Assembly: GCA_027604505.1 (NCBI GenBank)
Contig: JADIIX010000122.1
Span: 47,304 to 67,303, forward strand
Length of the DNA: 20,000 nt
Direction of reading: 5' to 3'
Origin: Gonapodya sp. JEL0774
Lineage: Eukaryota
Shown piece after piece: positions 12,433 through 20,000 of this stretch. Numbering within the stretch: the first letter of the stretch is position 1; each line of letters starts with the position of its first letter. The notes under the pieces are model-generated. The model had not been told where the DNA came from. It searched no databases and was given only the letters and a program-made list of their open reading frames with translations. The translations under genes and the position numbers were made by a program.

Positions 12433-13280
12433 GATTTTCTCTTCAATTTGTTTCTTCTCCCACATCCCAACCTTCACAGCTGTGGTCACAAGGGAAGGGC
12501 TGTGGATGATCTGAGGGCAAACTAAACTAACTACCTTGAGTGTTATCAGTTCCCGCAAACTAACAGCAACAGTCTCGCCGTTTTCGACGGAACTTGGCCC
12601 ACTCTCTGTTTTAATGTTTACGAGTAATCCACACACATATTGCCCTGGGAACTCCTCAAGTCGAAGTGGACCCTACCTTTTCGTTTTCGCCCTCTCTGGA
12701 ATGTGAGCTCTTGCGTGCATCATCAGTGTCGCGCACAGTGAGGAAACACGCTATAGAGGAATCAGCTTGCGTTGGAGTGTTTCGCCCGCCCGGAATGAAA
12801 TGAACTACCGCGCTCACCGCAAGCCTCCATGAAACGTGATACAATGATATACCAGTATGCCTCCGCATCTCTTGGGACACAACATTCCTTACGCTGAATA
12901 AGTAAATGGTCGACGACGATTTTGTTCCAGGAATGGAAGGTCAGGGAGAGTTTACTCAAGAACATTTTCGTTCGTTAGTTGGCTCCACATGCACGAATTA
13001 ATTCAGAAATGCGATGAGAATAGGGTGCACGGACACTTCCACCATGACGGAACTGCCAAAAAGCTCGAAAAAAATGTCCCTCCGTTGACCGTTCAGAACA
13101 CTGCGGCGCAGACTGCACTCCGGGCAGTCAATTCCCAGACCCCACATCAAAGTAGACACGAATCAGCTTTATCGGTGTTGAATCTGACCTATCGTGATGG
13201 AAATCGGCTCCCTTGCACAACATCCACACTCCCGATCGTCATTTCACAGTGTATATGATTGCAATGATCGTACAGTCAGC

Positions 13281-14631
13281 TCATGCTTCCCTTTTCTGGT
13301 GCTTCCGTACACTAAATCCTCGCCAAATCCTTTACGAGAGGAAGTTCAATAAAACATCACGTCCGATTTCAGAGGAGTATCTGGAAAATACCTTTGAATT
13401 TGAATTGCTGCCCGATGGAGGAGGCCATTCAATTGATGTCCGCTTTCGTCTTCCATCTTCTTATCATCTTCCACCAATTGAAGGAGCTCCTCGTACAGTG
13501 TGACCTGAGTGGGGAAGAAAACATCAATGATTATCCTATCCTTGATCCAATTCATTTTCATATCAACGAACCAACTCCTCGAATTTGTCAAGATCAGCAC
13601 TCCTCTGCTGCTTAAGTGATTCAATCTCTTGAGATTTGTTCTCCATATCCTGCTCATATTTCGCCATCCATTTTTGGATATCGTCGTCTAAGTTTTGTCT
13701 GCGACAGAAGCGCATGGCTTAGTGACCGCACGAAACATGACTAATGGAACCAAGTGAACCTTTGGTGAGAGAGGTACTCCACCACTCTTTGATGGGCAAC
13801 ATTCTCTTGATCAATAGACAGCAAAAGCTGCAACTTCTTCTCTTGCAACGATGACTCTTGTGCAGAACATCGTATCCTGGTGCCTGCTTCGTGTGCCTTT
13901 GTTTCTTTCCTTACGTATTTCTGTTCAGAAGACGTAAGCATGTTGATCTCCTGTATCGTGTCTTTCAATTGCAGAATGACTTGATTTCGATCCGATAATT
14001 CCTCTTCCAAAATCTTTCTCTCATTTGCGAGGTCGTTCTGGAGCTCCTTTAGGAGATTCACGGCTTCATTTTCCCTACTCGCATGGAACCTTAATCGATT
14101 CACCCAAGATTCGGCAGTGCACTGCTACCAACCGGTTTAATGTGCCCTCAAGCCAGCTGCGCTTCCGGTAAGCTTCATTGACGGTCGATATAATAGTTTC
14201 GAACTTTGAGCTTTCTAGTTCCTCCGTTGCTTGCGAAATCACCATTGTAAACCACTTCCGTTCACTTTCGATTTTCGCGCCATGGTAAACTTGAGTGTTC
14301 TGAGGTTTAGAATTCCGCTGCCACGTGTCGGTGTCGTCTTCTTGCGTGTCTGCATGCTTCTCAGGACAATTACTCAACACAGATAAAAGCTTGAGCTTAA
14401 TTCAACATATCTTACAGACACTAGATGTTCGTTCCCTTGCGTCCGTTGTATGTCTCGCAGAATCTAAGAATGCGGAGTCAATGTGATGGCTTGACAATCA
14501 CCATTGGATGTGAAAACTGTCCCTACCACGAGCTGTTCGTTGGCATCATTGAAGATACATATGTATGCTTGTGCCTTGCTTGGTGGTAAGTTGGTGTCCT
14601 GAAGACGCGACGCCGATGTTGCGGAAGCCAT
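13281..14631 (-). CDS. DRC9: Dynein regulatory complex subunit 9 / IQ domain-containing G (axonemal coiled-coil protein), at least 6 introns
   Basis: Coiled coil with DRC9/IQCG-like motifs KIESERKWF..ATEELE, RNQVILQLKDTIQE..EQKYVRKE and IQKWMAKYEQDMENK..LK..RSADL. C-terminal IQ motif AAIQIQR|IWRGFSVRK is split by intron 13330-13391; TGA at 13281-13283. Start is uncertain: an upstream exon from ATG 14892 or 14865 can splice in frame through intron 14712-14783. Confidence 0.82.
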
Positions 14632-15702
14632 CACTGAAGTGGGAGGGGCCGATGGCCGATCATCCAATCCTTCCAAAAGGTCGCAGGCCAACCTGCCCCA
14701 AATCACGATCTCTTCGTTGAGTAGACATAGAATACCCTTCGGAACGATATTTCAGTACCGACTTTTGAATTTTCGCAGACAACCTGGGGTTTTAGCTGCA
14801 CGGGCAATGGAGGTCAGGACAACTGTTTCGGCCACACTGACTTTGATTTGTGCTTCCTCGTCCATTTGGCTATCTAGGTTAAGGAGAGACATGCTGCCGA
14901 AAGAGAATTTCAGCTGCGAAGTTGCTACGCGGACTTCGACGGAATGCAGGATTTAGGTATTTAGCATTCAATGCCTATCCCATGACTACAAACACACACA
15001 CGGACGACTCTACTAGAATCGGATCTAACGAGGAGGGAATCAGCTTGTGGGGTTCACCATTGAAGGCATTGAAGGCAGTGGTCAACAACTGTTGAAATTA
15101 TGCCTCTAGCGTTTCAGGCCTATCGGGACGCAGTTCGAGAAGCCACCTTACTGCAAGGTTGGGAACCGTCTTCCTGATAATGACTGGATCAAGTTCCTGA
15201 CATCAACACCATGGTTCTAGATCGCAATTTTGGAAATGTATCGGAAGTGTGGAGGAAGGTACTGTACTCCTGATCAGATTTTTCATGAATAGAGCCACAT
15301 GCTTCCAACTTACATTTGGCAGTCCAACATGCGCTCATCTTTTGAAACGCAGAATGTACCTGGACTTGAAAAGCTCATCGCTCAAATTCGTGTAGTGCTT
15401 TTGTGAGTTGTATACAGGAAGATGCGCACATAGTTTCAAATTGCCTCCTCAAGTTCCACCACCAAAAGAAATAATGAAATTGTACCTGATGGTGAGACCC
15501 CATGGCATGATGCAGTGGTCCAGAAATCCATAGACATTGGTGACAAGGTGCAGAATAATAAAGTAGCAGCGTGACAGTTGGCACCGTGCACTAATGCACA
15601 CTTGGTTCAAAGATCAAACACTTGAGATTAATCCAGAGATCAGTGAGCAGCTTCTTTTTAAATTATGTGTGGAATGGGACATGCTGTCATACATTTGAAT
15701 AG

Positions 15703-16726
15703 GCTGCCAATTTCCCTCCACTCCCACCTGGAATGCCAGAGAAACTTCTTGCAGAGCGGGTTTGTATATGTTAAGTTACCTGGCGACTAAGTGAGTGGCA
15801 ACTTACTGAATGTTGTGACACAGATACAAATTGCCCGCAATGGACCACTAGTTGAAGCCTTCAGCATTGATATAAAAGGAAAAGATATTGCAACATTGGG
15901 TGATGGACAGTGGCTCAATGATGAAGTATGTACAATGTGATGTACCCCATTTCCTCATTGCTGTTTGTGTGTAACTTTTTGATCGTGAAGGTGATCAACT
16001 TTTATCTTAACCTCATAATGGAGCGATCAAAAACTACTCCTGGGTCATATCCAAAAGTGCACTGCTTTAACACATTTTTCTACTCAAAGTTGAGGCAAGA
16101 AGGGTATGCCTCTATCCAAAGGTGGACAAGGAGAGTGAGTTGGTTTAGTTCCTGTGCTAAAATATAGAACGGGATTTTTGAAAATGATTTTTCTTGAAGT
16201 TTGATTTGTTTGCACTAGATTATGTGGTGGTTCCAGTGCATTTATCATTGCATTGGTGCTGTGCTATTATTAACTTTAAGATGAAAAGATTTGAGTATTA
16301 TGACTCTCTTCATGGAGAGAATCCACAGTGTCTCCAGGTGTGTGTATCTTGTACTGTTTGTATTTGAAGTGCATTAAAAATACTTCACCCCCCACAGGCT
16401 CTGAGGGATTACCTCCAAAGTGAACATATAAACAAGAAAGGTTCCACTATTGATCTTAGTAGTTGGCAGGATTACTCTCCAAAGGTCAGTTTTGAATTGA
16501 TATCATGAGAAATATCTCCTCCAACTTTTTGCATCAGGATATTCCGGCGCAAGAGAATGGTTATGACTGTGGTGTTTTTACCTGCACATTTGCAAATTAC
16601 ATTTCCCAAGGAAAAGTATTTGACTTCAGTCAAAAGGATATGAAATATTTGAGGAGACGTATGATATTTGAGATACTGACAAAGAAGTTTCTCACCAGCA
16701 ATGTTGAGAATGTAGCAACTCTGTAA
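15703..16726 (+). CDS. ULP1: Ulp1/SENP1-type SUMO protease (peptidase C48) catalytic domain. Exons 15703-15759, 15824-15925, 15991-16134, 16200-16337, 16398-16484, 16538-16726. 5' end unresolved, possibly a decaying gene
   Basis: Six phase-0 exons give [109 protein letters not shown]. The His, Asp, Cys triad and oxyanion Gln are intact. I could not build a stop-free upstream exon chain. Confidence 0.88.
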
Positions 16727-17028
16727 ATGTGGAAGGGTTCTCAAATAATATCAAACTCCAAGCAATACACATCACACATACCTGCAGGGCCTCCAAAATG
16801 TGCATGAGTGTTGAGCAGTCCATTGATTTGATAGATGGCAAGAATGTGCAGGAAAACACAGATCCTGAGCACCTGTTGGATGATTGTTGTGTTGTGCACT
16901 CTAATGTGTGAACTAGTGTAAGTGTACTGACTGGCATGTAATAGGGCATCTCAGAGTTGAAATAAATGGAACTGGCAGAGTTAACTGTTAAAGATGTTGG
17001 ATGTCCTTGTCTGTGCAACTTAGTAGAT

Positions 17029-17240
17029 TACATGCTCCTCCAACTCGTGGAGACTCAGTCCCAGTTTAATCTCCACCTTCCACCACTTATATTCTGCAGT
17101 TCCAGCCTTTGCCGGCAGAGTAGCCTTCAATGCTCTTGGAATGTCCTTGGGTTTGATTTCAGTGGCTGTTGGTAGAGAGAGTTTGACAGGTGTTCGAATG
17201 AAGTTGCGGCAAGATGGGAAACAAAGAAAATCACCTGAGT
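17029..17240 (-). mobile_element. Ty1/Copia Gag N-terminal fragment (DUF4219-like), truncated
   Basis: Minus-strand frame reads LPAKAGTAEYKWWKVEIKLGLSLHELEEHV, matching the Copia gag spacing Y-x2-W-x3-(M/I)-x3-L-x4-L-x2-(H/V)-V, and hits a stop two codons later. Lies in the CpG-depleted block. Confidence 0.55.
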
Positions 17241-17499
17241 TGATTCAATTGTTGGTTCCTGCATTCTAATTGGTGTAATCCTGATTACTCCAGGCTCCTA
17301 TCAGAATACAGATATGTTCTCATGTCTGCAACTTAGTATATTACACTGCTGGTGCACTCATCTATGTGCAGTGGACTATCATACAAATGTATACTACACA
17401 CAATGGACACAACACCATATATATCCAGTACAGGTGTTGCAATTGTAATTGATTGCGGATGATGAGTGTATTTCCCTGGTGCAAGGGGAATTCAAACAA

Positions 17500-18575
17500 C
17501 CAATTCCTGTTTTTCTTGTACTTTAGAAGACACAATTGGAAAAGAATTAATTTCAGTAGCAATGAGACAGTTGGAAATTCAATAGTTTTAAGTTCAGTAA
17601 CTCTTTTGTTGGCAGGTTCCTTGCTCTTTTGGCTTCAGATACTTACACCTCTGGTGGGAGACTGTAGGGAGTCTGGTGAAGCATTGGCCCCTAGTTTATG
17701 CATTATGGGAGCCTCTGGGACTTGACTCCATGGAACAGGACCTGCAGATGGTGTTGGGTTAGGTTGCACATCAATAGTTTGTGACGGACTTTGTGGTGGT
17801 CCAGAGTCATCATCATTGTAATCTGCAAATAATGCTCTGCCTTTAATGGGCATATTGGAGGCAAGCTCTGTTCCTCCACTAAACCCAATATTCGGGCATC
17901 TTTCAGTACATGTCGCAAGTGAGTGTGGTAGTAAGTGCAAATAAACGCTTCCTCCAAGAATTTGCAATCGCAAGAGCGAAACACTTTGTGGGTTTCGATA
18001 TTGTAAAAGATATAAATTGTTGAGTCTGTATCATACCCAATCATTCAACCAACATCTACACGTGGTTGTAGCTTGTTTCGAGAATCCTCCTTAACAAGGA
18101 CTGTTGCACAACAGCCAAGAATTAACAAATGCAACAAATGTGCGGTTTGCTTTGGTAGAATTCAATTCATTTCAATTGGGATGCATCCTCCATGTGCAGA
18201 GGATGGGGATCCATTGCAAAGATATGTAATTGCAAGAGCAATACAACTCCAGAGACTGACAGAGAGCTGTGCCATAAAGAACGTGCTTCTTTTGTTCTCA
18301 ATTACCATTCTGATAATTTGTTCTGCTCTACCATCACTTGAAGATGTGTAGGAGGTTGAAGCTTCTGGTTCAATTCCCCTGTCTGCCAGCCATTTGTGCA
18401 TCACACCATTGAGGAGAATTACTTTTGCATTATCACTGCAAATACCCTTAGTTTTTCCTTTGCATTGAAGTTCTCCACAACTGACCAGTGATTGGAGTTT
18501 ACTGGCAGCTTCTGATTTGCTCTTCATTAGATCGGCAAAAGCTGTACCAGTTGCTGCATCAACGGTTATATGAGA
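17500..18575 (-). mobile_element. Degenerate Ty1/Copia pol fragment: integrase core, SH3-like domain and Pro-rich linker
   Basis: ITVDAATG..LMKSKSEA..GICSDNA..WLADRGIE..STSYTSSSDGRAEQIIRMVIE..LSVSLW..ITYLCNGSP, then LGC..RNKLQPR..G*MIGYDTDSTIYIFYNIETHKVFRSCDCKFLEE. In-frame stops at 18162 and ~18045 plus frameshifts. Ends are approximate. Confidence 0.88.
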
Positions 18576-19652
18576 TGCTAAGGCAGGGCTCCAGAACCCC
18601 CACTCAAGAATGGTGACTTGTTGAGGGGAAAGAATAAATTCATTTCCTCCATCACCTGAATAGCTAATGTAGATCTGTAAAATGGAATGTGTAATTATGA
18701 CCCATCCCCATTGTCGCCCTTTTGTAGAGCTTGAATTTTACTGGTGCTCATGTGGTAATACAGGAAATAGCCTGAATCTGTTGACGGGGACAAAGGAATG
18801 GGATTGCTCAGGAACTGGCACTTGGAGCAACCTGCAGTCACACTTCCTCAAATACTCAGGACCATCCCCAGATATTTTTGCGGTGATTTCAGATGGTTCC
18901 CACTCGGAAAATCGTTGACAGTGGATATTGCAGCGAAGGATCATCTCGCATTGATCGGCACGTTTTGTCCTCCAAATCACGGTGAGTTGCCTGACAGTAC
19001 ATCACAAGCCGTGCAATACATGTTTGAGGAGTTTTTCTTGGATGTAACGATAGATACTTGATACCCCTAAAGAGCATCCTAGACGTACTGCCTCGCGCCT
19101 CTCCTTTCACCTCCTGTCATCAGCACACCACTCTTACATTATTGTTAGCTTTGAAAACTTGATAAGACGGTACAAAGCAGACCCTTTAAGATCACAAATT
19201 TGCACAGTATTGAGAGAATCTGCTCCCGAGGCAAGTTCTTCAAGTCAGTACAAACAACCTGCCATCTGCAACTTCAAGTCTTCTCCCATCAAACACTGAT
19301 GAACCATGCCTCGTCAATGTAAGAGCACTTATTTTCTGTATTCTGTATTGACAAATGAAATGCAGTAAGGCATGACGCTATCCCATGGTATTGAAGTATG
19401 GGTAGAGTTTGGATGTCAAATAGCTCAACAGCGGATAGTGATTGAAGGACGCTGTTAGGTGCATTAGAACTATCTTAAAGAGGAGATGCGTTTTGGTACT
19501 TGAACGACCTCTCTAGCGTTCCTGGTCGTGGAGTTATGTAGTGAGCAGTTGGACTTGGAGTGTGGGGCGAGAGTGCAGTACTAGTGACCACAGTAGTGCA
19601 CAGAGACTTGAGCAATTGAATAGAATAAATAACCATCGTAACCACCCCCAAC

Positions 19653-19732
19653 CTCTCGAAAGCTCATTAGGTTATGAGCCTGGACTGCTGACAGAGAGGA
19701 CACATGTTCAAACCCCAGTGGGGGGAAATTTT
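19653..19732 (+). other. tRNA-like (pseudo-tRNA or SINE-head-like) segment overlapping a Copia-type primer-binding site
   Basis: A-box-like AGCTCATTAGG and B-box-like GTTCAAACC at tRNA spacing, D-stem GCTC/GAGC, 6 of 7 acceptor pairs (two G-U), TTTT at 19729-19732. Anticodon and T stems do not pair. Also contains GGTTATGAGCC (19670-19680), the tRNA-iMet half-molecule PBS of Ty5/Copia-type elements. Confidence 0.45.
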
Positions 19733-19826
19733 CTAATTTGGTGGCATGCAAAACTATGAGAGTTTGACCCTTAAAAAGGGAGATTTGACCTGGGTCAGGC
19801 AACCCTGAAGCAGAGATGCTGTCTTC

Positions 19827-19842
19827 AGGGGGAGTGTAAAGG
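19827..19842 (+). mobile_element. Possible Copia polypurine tract and 3' LTR start
   Basis: AGGGGGAG (19827-19834) directly followed by TGTAAAGG, the usual Copia PPT/LTR junction. No matching second LTR is visible in the window. Confidence 0.4.
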
Positions 19843-19890
19843 ATAAAGAGAGAATCCAGCACTCTGCCCCTGTACAGGTTTTGCCACCAT

Positions 19891-20000
19891 AGATTAACAG
19901 ATATTCAAGGAGCACTCAATCTTGCAAGAAATCCAGTTCTCCACAAACAGACCAAACACATTGATGTGAAGTATCATTTTATCAGAGAACAGTTACAGAA
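19891..20000 (+). mobile_element. Ty1/Copia RNase H fragment running off the window end
   Basis: TDIQGALNLARNPVLHKQTKHIDVKYHFIREQ matches the Copia RNase H motif DNQ.AI.LA.NP..H.RTKHID..YHFIRE. Opposite orientation to the integrase fragment. Confidence 0.9.

Noticed and set aside
1..15000. Many 60-170 aa ORFs in the six-frame track, e.g. 3914-4240(-), 5162-5662(-), 9936-10373(-), 12989-13258(+), 14639-14956(+)
   Set aside because: Most are antisense or off-frame shadows of exons or exon-plus-intron read-throughs, many start at non-ATG codons, and none shows an independent recognisable motif.
14982..15640. Stop-codon reassignment (TGA as Trp) to explain stops upstream of Ulp1
   Set aside because: The five intact genes need no internal stop read-through, DRC9 appears to end in TGA, and TAA stops also interrupt this region. 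Mutation or mis-called exons is simpler.
19574..19600. Imperfect hairpin TGCAGTACTAGTG..CACAGTAGTGCA as a Helitron 3' end
   Set aside because: No correctly spaced downstream CTRR terminus and no Rep/helicase remnants.
19653..19726. Functional tRNA-Ser(GCT) gene
   Set aside because: Anticodon and T stems do not pair and the long Ser variable arm is missing; kept only as a tRNA-like relic.
17029..20000. One intact Copia retrotransposon
   Set aside because: Gag lies downstream of integrase on the minus strand, RNase H is on the plus strand, no RT domain is seen, and stops and frameshifts are frequent.
15240..20000. Classical Neurospora-type RIP
   Set aside because: CpA/TpG remain abundant and the depleted dinucleotide is CpG, which fits methyl-CpG decay or a CpG-targeted variant instead.
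1..20000. CRISPR arrays, rRNA, telomeric repeats, prokaryotic operons or a functional gene cluster
   Set aside because: No regularly spaced repeats or rRNA-like sequence seen; the genes are spliceosomal and functionally unrelated.

Overview
Intron-rich, very compact eukaryotic DNA, most likely from a flagellated (zoosporic, chytrid-like) fungus; the taxon is inferred from fungal-type proteins plus an axonemal DRC9/IQCG gene. Bases 1 to ~15,000 hold five tightly packed spliced genes: the 3' part of POT1 (+), NUP155/NUP170 (+, ~31 introns), NDOR1/TAH18 (+), TRM1 (-, stop only 14 bp from the NDOR1 stop) and DRC9/IQCG (-). From ~15,300 the sequence becomes strongly CpG-depleted. This part holds a spliced Ulp1/SENP SUMO-protease catalytic domain with an intact triad but an unresolved 5' end, followed by decayed Ty1/Copia fragments in both orientations and a tRNA-like/PBS-like segment. 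I found no clearly new biological system. The best leads are the CpG-decay boundary that includes a host-type Ulp1 gene, frequent AAG/GAG splice acceptors, a spliced region upstream of TRM1, and the dual-reading element near 19,650. All gene models and counts were made by hand.
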